64,000 nt of DNA. Origin: Candidatus Obscuribacterales bacterium (GTDB lineage Bacteria; Cyanobacteriota; Vampirovibrionia; Obscuribacterales; Obscuribacteraceae). A program made the translations under genes and the position numbers. The notes below the pieces were generated by a model. It was not told the DNA's origin. It did no database searches and saw nothing but the letters and a program-made list of their open reading frames with translations. Below, piece after piece: positions 1 through 8,733 of the stretch. The stretch lies in assembly GCA_965228855.1 (NCBI GenBank), contig CBDDIJ010000003.1, positions 416,001-480,000 of the forward strand, given 5' to 3'. The stretch's first letter is position 1. Each line of letters opens with the position of its first letter.

Positions 1-1
1 A

Positions 2-520
2 ATCAAGCGGAACCGGACTGAAATCGACGGCATTTGCATCACGTTTGAACTGCATCGGATTGATACCTTGAAAAAGTTGAAGCCGTTTCAAAAGTGTGAA
101 AAATTCTTTGATCAGTCCGATCACGTCATTCGCGTTGCCGGAGAAAACCGACATCAGCGATTGCAGCACTAGCATGACTAAAAACACCAGCGTGATTGAG
201 AACAGCAGCATCAGGCCGAATGAGATTCGAAACAAGAACGCAAGCACGGGAGCGATTGTTTCCCAGATTTTATTCGTGAACGCAAAAAATCTGTTCGAGT
301 AATAGCGGTATCGCAGGTTGGAGGGAAACTGGTAGTAAATTTGCCCGGATTCTGTAACATCCAGATCCGCGCCGAGTTCGTGGGCCAGGTCGTTCAGCTC
401 GCTTGATACCACACCGAGGGGGAGTCCGGTTTGCGCCACCACATCCGGTATCGCTACGCGACGATTCATGCTGTTTATCGCAGCAAGAAGTTGTTTTCGG
501 GTAGTCTTATTCGATGCCAC
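2..520 (-). CDS. Conserved cyanobacterial/plastid membrane protein (At5g03900-like); C-terminus runs off the window start
   Basis: Not in the ORF track. Manual translation from GTG at 520 (overlapping the upstream TAG as TAGTG) gives MASNKTTRKQLLAAINSMNRRVAIPDVVAQTGLPLGVVSSELNDLAHELGADLDVTESGQIYYQFP...FLFRISFGLMLLFSI. This matches the recalled family pattern RVTxGDVA..GL...L.V.ESG.I.Y.FP...RISFG. Confidence 0.7.
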   Translation of the reverse strand, partial: MASNKTTRKQLLAAINSMNRRVAIPDVVAQTGLPLGVVSSELNDLAHELGADLDVTESGQIYYQFPSNLRYRYYSNRFFAFTNKIWETIAPVLAFLFRISFGLMLLFSITLVFLVMLVLQSLMSVFSGNANDVIGLIKEFFTLLKRLQLFQGINPMQFKRDANAVDFSPVPLD

Positions 521-1377
521 TAGAATGACTTCTCCTGCTTTGCCAGTTGCCTGTCCCGTGCAGCTTTATCCATCATTCCCAGTTTCTCATACGCGATTGC
601 GCGCTGGCTGTAAACAAAATCCGGCCCTTCCGTTCCACGCTTAAGGGCGTTACTGTAGTCCATGACTGCGCCTTTGAAATCATTCAGTTTCATGCGCGCA
701 GACGCTCGCTTAACAAGCACATGGTCGTCATTCGGGTATTGCTTCAAAAGCGCGCTGTATGAATCGATCGCACCTTTCCAGTCTTTCATGGCTTCGTGCA
801 CTTCAGCCTTGGTGTAGTAGATTGTTTCCTCCTGCGGATAACTCTTCAACAATCGGTCCACATCAGCCAGCGCTTCCGGATACTTTTTCATCGCCTTATA
901 GCAAGCGGCTCGCCGTTTCAACAGGTCGACATCAGTCGGATCTATTTTTAGACCTTTGGATAGAACCGCAATCGCTTCGGTGTTTTTCATCAAAGCCGTG
1001 AGAAGCATCGACTGTCGATTGTACATATCCGGGTCCTTAGGGCGAAGTTCCAGAGCCTTCGTCGAGCAATTCAAACCCTTCGGGAAGTCCTCTGTCCACA
1101 TATAACAAGTGCCCAGACTTGTCCAGAAGCCCGGCCAGCTTGGGTCATCCTTCGCTAACTGAGTGAAAAGCTTCAATGCGGTTTTGTGTTTCCCGTGATC
1201 CAGCGCCTCGATTGCCTGTTCGTACCTGGGTATTAGCGGGCTTTTCGAATGCAGGCGTTTGAACTCACTGAAAAACTCGTGGTCTTTCGTTGGAGGTGGA
1301 GCTGCATTTGCATTGCAAAAGCTGCCGGCGAAAAGCCACATGGACATGGTGATTGAGACAATGCCAATCAACTCCAC
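520..1377 (-). CDS. Secreted tetratricopeptide-repeat protein
   Basis: Signal-peptide-like N-terminus (..ANAA) followed by several TPR-like helical repeats, e.g. KALELRPKDPDMYNRQS and LLKQYPNDDHVLVKRA. Confidence 0.85.
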   Translation of the reverse strand: MELIGIVSITMSMWLFAGSFCNANAAPPPTKDHEFFSEFKRLHSKSPLIPRYEQAIEALDHGKHKTALKLFTQLAKDDPSWPGFWTSLGTCYMWTEDFPKGLNCSTKALELRPKDPDMYNRQSMLLTALMKNTEAIAVLSKGLKIDPTDVDLLKRRAACYKAMKKYPEALADVDRLLKSYPQEETIYYTKAEVHEAMKDWKGAIDSYSALLKQYPNDDHVLVKRASARMKLNDFKGAVMDYSNALKRGTEGPDFVYSQRAIAYEKLGMMDKAARDRQLAKQEKSF

Positions 1378-1548
1378 ATATTTCGCGCTTATTGGGCCGA
1401 GGCCTGGTTTAAACAGATACGCTATGCCTTTTTATAGAGGCGGACAAAGTGGGGACGATGTTCTGATCATCTATCATCAATGTGTCATTCCATCATAGCT
1501 CAAACGGCCAGGCAGCAAGTTTCGCGCGCCCTTCGGGCTAAACAGTTT

Positions 1549-3954
1549 CTACTTGCCGCGCACCATTGTGTCGAAGGTTTGACCTGAATTGCCTGTAAGC
1601 CAGCGCATGTAGAATGAGTGCTTCGAGCCCGTCAATGGTTCTACCCATATTGGAGCAGTGAACATTCTGTCCGTATGACCGGATGTCGGGTCGGTGCGCT
1701 GAATTTCCATCCAGTAAGCAGACTTGTTGCCGAGCTTATGTTCCAGAGCATCGAAGGAGACTTTATTTTTGGCGGCGAGGAGTTCCTCACCCGTCATCGT
1801 TCGCTCCTCTACGATTTCCGCAAGCTTCTTGTCGCCAAGCTTCTTATCGCCCCATAACTTGATTTTGTATTCCGCACCTGGCACGACTTCGCCGCCAATG
1901 TTCGCCGACAGCTTCAAGTCAGGCACCGCAGCCTGGTCTAAGATGCTGCCCATCGGATGTTTATCGTTGCCCCACATGGTGGCGTTCAGTTTGTCACCGT
2001 TGGTGGTGGCAATTGTCCTGCGTTCTCGTAAGCCCTCAAGCAAGCTCGGCTTGTCGAGTTGCTTCGCCATGATCATCGTGGTTCCTGGCGTTCCAGCCGG
2101 ATTTCCGTAGTGGAAATCGCGTCCAAATGTCGGACTTGCGTGTACGCCTTTGTCGAGGTAGCCGGCGAAGCTGGTCGCATCGACTGCGCCGGGAGGAACT
2201 ACGTCCACCGGGTCCGGCGTGAGGGCACCGCCCTTGATGACTTCTATCTGACGAACATAAGGAGTTGCGAAACGATCTAGCCACTCTTGTTGGTTTTTAA
2301 ACGATTTCTGTCCATAGTCTCGACCACGCTCTCCGACAGGTGTCGAGGGGCTTTCGTCGGCTTTGAAGCGAGGGTGGTTGAGTTGAATTACCGGAGTGCC
2401 ACCGCTTGAATCTTTGATGCCATCGAGGTGATCGACCAGAGCCTTGTAGTCGCCGTCGTTGATTTTTACTACATCCGGTCTTTTGAACACAGGCGAGGCA
2501 TCGCGTCCGGTCATTCTGAGGATGAATGTTTCCAGCGCTCCGCGAGGCTCCCTGACCGATTCTAGGAACGTCGGCACCTCGAGCACGTTGATGTGATTGA
2601 CGCCGCCGAGGTGTTTTCCGTCTGCGGCTGCAGCGCTTTCGATTTCTGACGTGCGACTGCCAGGCGTTTTATCAAACCTGGGGGTTGTGCCTTCACCTGG
2701 TGCCTTGCCGACAGTGCCGATTGGATCTTTTACTTCTGGAAGAATGCCTTCAGGGAGTGCGCCATTGTTCTTTCCCGGAACCTCGAGGGCTCTCGGCGGA
2801 CTCGGCAGATCGGGCTTCACCAGACCTTCGGGGGCTGGACCGAAGAAGTCATCGTGCTTGTGTTGTCCACCGACCTTTCCTATCGTGCCTAGCTCCACGC
2901 CGACCAGACCGACAAAGTTTTCATCCGTCGCTGCTTTAGCGTGCTCGAATGTTTTCGTATATAGGGTAGGATCTTCAGCAACGGTTGGTGTTCCCGCCTG
3001 ATCTTTGGCTCTCACGTCGTCCGGCTTGACGCCGCCTCTGGCGGCAGGGTGGTTGTGGTCTGTGATGGCAGCGAAATCCAGACCTTCTTGCTTGGCTTTT
3101 GCGTAGATTGTCTTCGGTTCGCCCATGCCGTCGGAATAGCGCGAGTGCCCGTGCAATGGACCTCGGTAGAGGTTATATCCGGTTCCATCTGCTTCGACAA
3201 ACTGATTGACGCGGCGATTCAAGATACCGAGAGTTCTTTGACCGAATGGAAGTTGCTCCGGAGCGATGCTCGGTTTCATGGCCTGGGCAATCGAAGTCGT
3301 CGTTTCAGCGGGTGCGTTGACGATGCCCCTGGTCCCACCGGCTCCGGGCACGGAGCTATAGATGTCTATCTTGGGAGTTGCCGCCGTTCTGTTTGCGCCT
3401 GTAATTCCGTCGTACACATTGCGAATCGTCAGCATGCTGCGGTTTTCAACGTTCATTATGCCGCGCTGGGTTGCCTGGCTGAATCTTCCAATCGCGCCTT
3501 TGGAGCCAGCCAGACCGTAACCTAACTCCGCGCCGGCATAGCCGCCTGCAAAAGAAAGACCTAGATTTGCCGTGCCGGAGACAGTGTCGCGGGCTAGTGC
3601 ATGAGCGATTTCTTGCTGATTTGCAAAAGGATTTTTCGATTGCTCATGCGCTTGTTCCAAACGGTTGTAGGCGTGAATAGCTGCTGGTGCGGTGAGAGCG
3701 GCTCCAACGAGTATCGAGGCCGGACCACGGGCTGGAACAATGTAGCCGATGGCAGTACCCATGACTCCTGCTTCTACGACTGTTTTCGCCGCATGGGCTA
3801 TAGTCTGACCGGGATGCTGCCAGGCTTCAGCCGCCATTTCAGCGGTCGCTGAAGGAAGTTCCTTAATCGCAAGTCCGTATATCGAGTTCCCGCCGTCGTT
3901 CTGGTGAAAGTCCGCGAGGGTCAGTCGGTCTTGTGGAGGCATTTGCAGCACCAA
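1549..3954 (-). CDS. PHP-family (CehA/McbA-like) metallohydrolase with an N-terminal Gly/Ala-rich hydrophobic domain
   Basis: PHP motifs LHGHSRYSDG, DFAAITDHNH, GVE, NHINV, QLNHP and DFH, plus the C-terminal FTAPIWV. The first ~250 aa are unrelated to the enzyme domain. Confidence 0.75.
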   Translation of the reverse strand: MVLQMPPQDRLTLADFHQNDGGNSIYGLAIKELPSATAEMAAEAWQHPGQTIAHAAKTVVEAGVMGTAIGYIVPARGPASILVGAALTAPAAIHAYNRLEQAHEQSKNPFANQQEIAHALARDTVSGTANLGLSFAGGYAGAELGYGLAGSKGAIGRFSQATQRGIMNVENRSMLTIRNVYDGITGANRTAATPKIDIYSSVPGAGGTRGIVNAPAETTTSIAQAMKPSIAPEQLPFGQRTLGILNRRVNQFVEADGTGYNLYRGPLHGHSRYSDGMGEPKTIYAKAKQEGLDFAAITDHNHPAARGGVKPDDVRAKDQAGTPTVAEDPTLYTKTFEHAKAATDENFVGLVGVELGTIGKVGGQHKHDDFFGPAPEGLVKPDLPSPPRALEVPGKNNGALPEGILPEVKDPIGTVGKAPGEGTTPRFDKTPGSRTSEIESAAAADGKHLGGVNHINVLEVPTFLESVREPRGALETFILRMTGRDASPVFKRPDVVKINDGDYKALVDHLDGIKDSSGGTPVIQLNHPRFKADESPSTPVGERGRDYGQKSFKNQQEWLDRFATPYVRQIEVIKGGALTPDPVDVVPPGAVDATSFAGYLDKGVHASPTFGRDFHYGNPAGTPGTTMIMAKQLDKPSLLEGLRERRTIATTNGDKLNATMWGNDKHPMGSILDQAAVPDLKLSANIGGEVVPGAEYKIKLWGDKKLGDKKLAEIVEERTMTGEELLAAKNKVSFDALEHKLGNKSAYWMEIQRTDPTSGHTDRMFTAPIWVEPLTGSKHSFYMRWLTGNSGQTFDTMVRGK

Positions 3955-4130
3955 AGTCTGAAGGAACGGCTACCATCTTGTAGAAATTGTATGAAAAAGG
4001 CATGTGTGAGCCCAGCCGGAAAATACGCAAGGCGGGGAGTTCCACGTACTTGACTTTTGTTTGAAAACGTTCAAGACAACGACAATATCGCAACAGAACA
4101 GTTGTTCCGGCTCCGGCCGGGTCGCCATCC

Positions 4131-4958
4131 TCAACCGGTCTGACGGCGCGACTTATCGACTTTTCGATGAAAATACGATGCGAGATTGAGCAAATTGATG
4201 GCGTCTTCGAGTGTCATGTCCCAGCTAGGTTTGAATTGCCGGGTTTGCTCATCCTGAAACATCAAGAACCAGGCTTTTAGCATTACCATGAATGAAAACT
4301 GCTCGGCAATGTCCCTGTCAGTCATGAATGCGTTTATTGCTAAAACTGGCTTGCCCGGCCATGCGAAAGAGAAGGCGTGCTCGGCCAGTTCGGGTCCGTC
4401 TGCCGGGAGCGCAGCTTTCGCACGAATTTTTTCAACCAGAAACCGCATCGACTCTTTAACAGGGCGGTGGTAGCCTTTATCTACGAGAAACTCGGCCCGC
4501 GCGATCATCTCGATATCAGGATGGAGCTTGGCTTGCCTGAGCACGTCGCGAAACTGCTTTGCGCGTTCTTCCGCCTCCGGTGGGACATATGTCGTTTTCG
4601 ACCGGTCTAGCAGTTTTATCTCAGATTCGTGATTGATCTCGTATCCAGCGAAGGACAGGACCTGATTCACCTCTTTCGAGAAGCGCTTGAACGCAGCATC
4701 TCCGCGGCTCATTCGGATGTGATTGCCTGTGCGACGAAGGAATGACGCCAGATTATCGGCGCATCGGTTGTAGTCCTGGTCGCCGATAAATGCGCTGCTC
4801 AGGCGTCTGTGTCTCGATGCGTTGTGATGGATGTCCTGAATGCCGCTGGAGATGAGCAAACCGCCCAGTTCGCCATCGGTGATGACATCCTCGAGCGCCA
4901 CGAAAGCGTCACAGAGCATCGTAATATAGGTGTTGTCGATGGAAGGTATTGTTGTCAT
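4131..4958 (-). CDS. TIGR02391/Ymh-family (HEPN-like) protein with an AbiJ-like N-terminal domain; catalytic motif degenerate
   Basis: LHPDI...RAEFL, DGPELAEHAFS...PVLAIN...EQ and EDAINLLNLASYFHRKVD match the recalled family pattern. The RNPxAH motif is replaced by QDEQTRQ. Confidence 0.7.
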   Translation of the reverse strand: MTTIPSIDNTYITMLCDAFVALEDVITDGELGGLLISSGIQDIHHNASRHRRLSSAFIGDQDYNRCADNLASFLRRTGNHIRMSRGDAAFKRFSKEVNQVLSFAGYEINHESEIKLLDRSKTTYVPPEAEERAKQFRDVLRQAKLHPDIEMIARAEFLVDKGYHRPVKESMRFLVEKIRAKAALPADGPELAEHAFSFAWPGKPVLAINAFMTDRDIAEQFSFMVMLKAWFLMFQDEQTRQFKPSWDMTLEDAINLLNLASYFHRKVDKSRRQTG

Positions 4959-5018
4959 CTACTCTATTTTGTTATCTTGTTGAGGCGTTGGTTATCCATC
5001 AAGGGGTTATTTTAGGCG

Positions 5019-6296
5019 ATGGGCGAAGGGAATGGGAGAATTTTGTTGGCGTGCACTTTGCTACTGCTTGCCGGAACTTGCCATGAGGCAGTGGCAGCAG
5101 ATCCGGCAAACCAACTTCAGTCTGAGAAGCCGAGTTTAGAATCCACTCCGCCGCCAACCGCTCCTGTTTCAAGTGGTGGCACCGATGGTGCCCCGTCTGT
5201 CGCACCTCCAATCGGAGAAAATGGTTTCACTGGTGGTGCGCCTAATTCGGCTCCGCCCCAGGAGTATGGCGCTCCGCAAGGTTATGCAGCTCCGCAAGGC
5301 TACCGGGCACCCGGCGGCTATGGCGCACCGCAAGAGGGCTACAACGGCGCTCCGGCCTACGGCGGCCCACCGCCTCAAGGATACGGCGCTCAGCCGCAAG
5401 GATATGGTGCTCAAACGCAGGTGCCGCCGTTCAGCAGTGGTTCCTATCAGGGACAGCCGAACTACAACACCGGTATCCAGTATGGTGAACAGTACCCTCC
5501 GCTGCAAGCACCCCAGCAGGGATACGGGCAACCGCCTGGTGGCGCCTACGGTGGCGCCAATTATGCGCAGGAGTCGTATCATGTTCCCCCTTCCTATTAT
5601 CAGGGCGCACCCCAAGGCGGTCCTGGTCAGTTGTACAGCGATCGTGCAATTTTCGCTCCGGCTGGTTTGACCTTACCTGTAAGTTTGCAGACTGCAATTT
5701 CGACTCAGGTTGCAAAAAATGGTGATTATATTCAGGGAACGATTAATGAGAACGTTTCGCTCGGTGGTCGGGGCTACATCCCGGCGGGCACTCAGGTCGT
5801 AGGCTCTGTGACCGACTCGGTCGCGGGGCGGCGGCTCAGCCGTTCCGGTGAGCTAAGCATCCAGTTTAACAGTTTGCGATTGCCTAACGGTCAACAGATT
5901 CCAATCACTGCGCATCTTGTCGGAGACCTTGGAAAATACAAGGATAAAGGAACGGGTAACAACGACGTGTACCGCGGCGAAGGCATGATGGGCAAGGTTG
6001 GTCAAACAGCCATTCGCGGCGGTCTCGGCGCCGGTCTTGGCGCAGGTTTGGGCACCGCTGTCGGCGCCATCGCGGGTGGTGGCCATGGTGCTGGTATGGG
6101 TGCCTGGTCGGGTGCCGCTATCGGTGGTGGCATCGGTGTCGCCGATATGCTTTTGCGCAAGGGCCGCGACGTGATAATTCCAACCGGCACAAACATTCAA
6201 GTTCAACTCGACCAGCAAGTCGATCTCGGCGGTGGACCGCCACCTCAATACGGTGGTCAGCCTGGCTACGGTCAAGGACAATCCGGCGTGTTTTAG
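5019..6296 (+). CDS. Exported protein with PQGYGA repeats, a TrbI/VirB10-like beta domain and a glycine zipper
   Basis: Signal peptide, Pro/Gln/Gly/Tyr repeats, the segment LQTAISTQVAKNGD...IPAGTQVVGSV...GELSIQFNSLRLPNG, and a GAGLGAGLGTAVGAIAGG zipper. Confidence 0.7.
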   Translation: MGEGNGRILLACTLLLLAGTCHEAVAADPANQLQSEKPSLESTPPPTAPVSSGGTDGAPSVAPPIGENGFTGGAPNSAPPQEYGAPQGYAAPQGYRAPGGYGAPQEGYNGAPAYGGPPPQGYGAQPQGYGAQTQVPPFSSGSYQGQPNYNTGIQYGEQYPPLQAPQQGYGQPPGGAYGGANYAQESYHVPPSYYQGAPQGGPGQLYSDRAIFAPAGLTLPVSLQTAISTQVAKNGDYIQGTINENVSLGGRGYIPAGTQVVGSVTDSVAGRRLSRSGELSIQFNSLRLPNGQQIPITAHLVGDLGKYKDKGTGNNDVYRGEGMMGKVGQTAIRGGLGAGLGAGLGTAVGAIAGGGHGAGMGAWSGAAIGGGIGVADMLLRKGRDVIIPTGTNIQVQLDQQVDLGGGPPPQYGGQPGYGQGQSGVF

Positions 6297-6314
6297 AATC
6301 CAGCTGGCTAAATT

Positions 6315-7514
6315 CTAGCCCTTTATTTGATTCGCGCGAGATTGCAGTTTCATAGCCTCTTTCTTGCGATCTGTTTTGTTCATCAGATACGCGTATTTTT
6401 CGAGGATTGAAATCATGGCTGCCGAGTTCGGGCCGTTGATTTTTTCTTTTATCTTCATCGCTTCGCCAACGAGCGTTGCCGCTTGCTGGTACTGCCCGCG
6501 GTTCTCTAATAACGTTGCCAGTGAAAGGTCTACATCTGCTACGTTTGAAGAACCTGCGCCATAAGCGCTTGCGAATGCCTCACGTGCTTCGCGATATAAG
6601 GACTCCGCTTTTCCCGAGCGGCCTAACGCCGAAAGTGTGTGCGCATATGCGTCAAGGCTCTGGAAAGTTTGCGGCTTCGCCATTCCTACCGTTTCCTTCG
6701 CCATCGTGAATGACTTGAGCAAAAGTGGCTCGGCAAGGGTATGTCGGCCTTCCTCGGCGTAAAGCTTTCCAAGGTTCGCGTAACTTTGAGACAGGGCGAG
6801 GTGGTTTCCGCTTAAAACATGCTCGCGCAATGCCAGCGATTGCTTGAACAATTTTTCTGACTCGGGTTTATCACTTCCGGTCCGGCGGGTCATGTACGAC
6901 TCTGCAACACTATCGAGCATCACAGCCAGTTCCAGGCATTGATTGGTTGATTTCTCGTGTGTGAGTTTCTCGACTTCTGAAAGTAACGCTTTGGCTCTTC
7001 CGAGATCTTTGTGATGCGCGTAAAAGTTTTGGAGATGTTTGAACGAGCTCTCCATGTCTGTGAATTCGCGAATTTGAATATCGCCGAATTGAATCAACTT
7101 GTTGCAGATCGGGTCTGCTTTCTCGTATTTCTTCCGTTTTAAATAAAACTGGCAGAGACGCGCCGCGCTGTCGGCGACATCAGTGTTGAATGCGCCAAGT
7201 GCTTTTTGTTTGATGTGAACAGCTTTTTCGAACAGAGGCTCGGCTTTGTCGAACTGACCGCGGCTGTTGTAGAGCACACCGAGATTCGTCAAACTCGTTG
7301 CCATACGCAAGTCGTTGTCGCCGAAACTTTTGGCTTCCGTAACAGATGCTTGAAACGCACGCTCAGCCTCGCCGAAGCGATTCTCACGAAATGCGTCAGC
7401 GCCGGTCTGTGTATGTTTCTCCCACTCGGCTGCGCCTGCAAGTGCCGGTCCTGGTGAGGACTGCAGAAGTGCGGCTAGTGAGAGAGCGAAAAAAATTCTG
7501 CGAGGTGAGGTCAT
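6315..7514 (-). CDS. Secreted TPR protein (kinesin-light-chain-type repeats)
   Basis: Signal peptide and repeats such as ATSLTNLGVLYNSRGQFDKAEPLFEKA. Confidence 0.85.
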   Translation of the reverse strand: MTSPRRIFFALSLAALLQSSPGPALAGAAEWEKHTQTGADAFRENRFGEAERAFQASVTEAKSFGDNDLRMATSLTNLGVLYNSRGQFDKAEPLFEKAVHIKQKALGAFNTDVADSAARLCQFYLKRKKYEKADPICNKLIQFGDIQIREFTDMESSFKHLQNFYAHHKDLGRAKALLSEVEKLTHEKSTNQCLELAVMLDSVAESYMTRRTGSDKPESEKLFKQSLALREHVLSGNHLALSQSYANLGKLYAEEGRHTLAEPLLLKSFTMAKETVGMAKPQTFQSLDAYAHTLSALGRSGKAESLYREAREAFASAYGAGSSNVADVDLSLATLLENRGQYQQAATLVGEAMKIKEKINGPNSAAMISILEKYAYLMNKTDRKKEAMKLQSRANQIKG

Positions 7515-7634
7515 TCGATAGATTTCAAGTTCTAATAAACCAAGATTCTAACAAGGAAGACGCCTGTCTGTCTTTGTTCGAATTAAGCGAAATAGCCGAA
7601 CAACGTCCGTTATTTTCAGGCAAGCACGCGGAGG

Positions 7635-8549
7635 TTAGGTCTGGGTGTCAAGAGCGGCGCGTATTACTTCTTCTGTTAAATATGTTTTCGGTTGCAAATC
7701 GTCGTCTGGGAGGTCGGTTCCCTTTGCCGGCGTGCTCATATCGTCCGACAGCATTTGAATCTGGGCGACGGTCACAAGCGGGTTATCTGTGAGCTTCTCC
7801 ATCACGGCCGCCATCCCCAGGTGCAAAAGTCCGGGCAACGGTAGAACCAGAGCTGCTTTCTTCTTGACCTTCGCAATCCGATGGACGGCATCGCCGAGCG
7901 TCATCTCTTCCGGTCCAAGGACTGAAACCGTTTTGTGAACCATGCGCCCGTCGACGGCTGCCGCGATAATCAGCTCTGTCATATCTTCCAGACCAACCGG
8001 ACGAATTTTGTTTGAACCGAAGGATAGCGGAGGGGAGAATATCGGCAGTGTGTCTAATGCTCGCGAAATGTTCGAAATCATGTGGTCGCCAGGTCCAAAA
8101 ATCATTCCCGGGCGGAAAATAGTCCAGTCAAGCTCGGAATGGCGCAACAGTTCCTCGGCTTCGAATTTAGTGCTCAGGTATTTTGAGAATATGTCCGGGC
8201 GCGCCTTGAGATAGCTAACGTATATCAGGCGCGGTATGCCTGCTTTTCGGGCGGCGGTCATCACGCGAATCATGTTTTCCACATGAACGGTTTTAAACTC
8301 GTTGGGCTCCTGCTCTCGGTTTATCCCTATCAGGTGCACAATCGCATCACAGTTATTGAAAGCTTGAAACAGCCTGCGCTCATCGCTCATCATGAGCGGC
8401 ATGAAGTTTATGTTAGCCTCTTTTCGCAGCGCTTCACCTCGGCTGCCCAGTCCACGGGCAACGACCGTCGGAAAATGCCCACGCGCGGCCAGTGTCCGAG
8501 CCAGATGCCTGCCCAGAAAGCCGGAGCCGCCTGTAATTGCGATTCTCAT
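7635..8549 (-). CDS. NAD(P)-binding SDR, NDUFA9-like epimerase/dehydratase family
   Basis: ITGGSGFLG Rossmann motif, YLSTK (YxxxK) and WTIFRPGMIFGPGD. Confidence 0.9.
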   Translation of the reverse strand: MRIAITGGSGFLGRHLARTLAARGHFPTVVARGLGSRGEALRKEANINFMPLMMSDERRLFQAFNNCDAIVHLIGINREQEPNEFKTVHVENMIRVMTAARKAGIPRLIYVSYLKARPDIFSKYLSTKFEAEELLRHSELDWTIFRPGMIFGPGDHMISNISRALDTLPIFSPPLSFGSNKIRPVGLEDMTELIIAAAVDGRMVHKTVSVLGPEEMTLGDAVHRIAKVKKKAALVLPLPGLLHLGMAAVMEKLTDNPLVTVAQIQMLSDDMSTPAKGTDLPDDDLQPKTYLTEEVIRAALDTQT

Positions 8550-8733
8550 TTCGTCGCGTTTTAGCCGTAGTCTGAAGAGTAGCCGTAGTAAAAAGCAGTC
8601 GCGCCTGATGAAAAGTTTACTCTTTCTGCTTTGATTCGAATAGTTGCCGGGCGTTTGTGCGGTATCTTATTGAGTTCAAAGTATTCGATTCGCCTGAAAG
8701 CGTCATTTAAAACCAAAAAAGCAGAGATTCATA

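Noticed and set aside
4096..4107. GAAC-N4-GTTC, similar to a Firmicutes-type LexA box
   Set aside because: Single occurrence of an 8-base pattern expected by chance in 64 kb; the neighbours are not SOS genes.
8562..8589. 10-bp direct repeat TAGCCGTAGT twice in a divergent promoter region
   Set aside because: Too short and isolated to support a functional claim.
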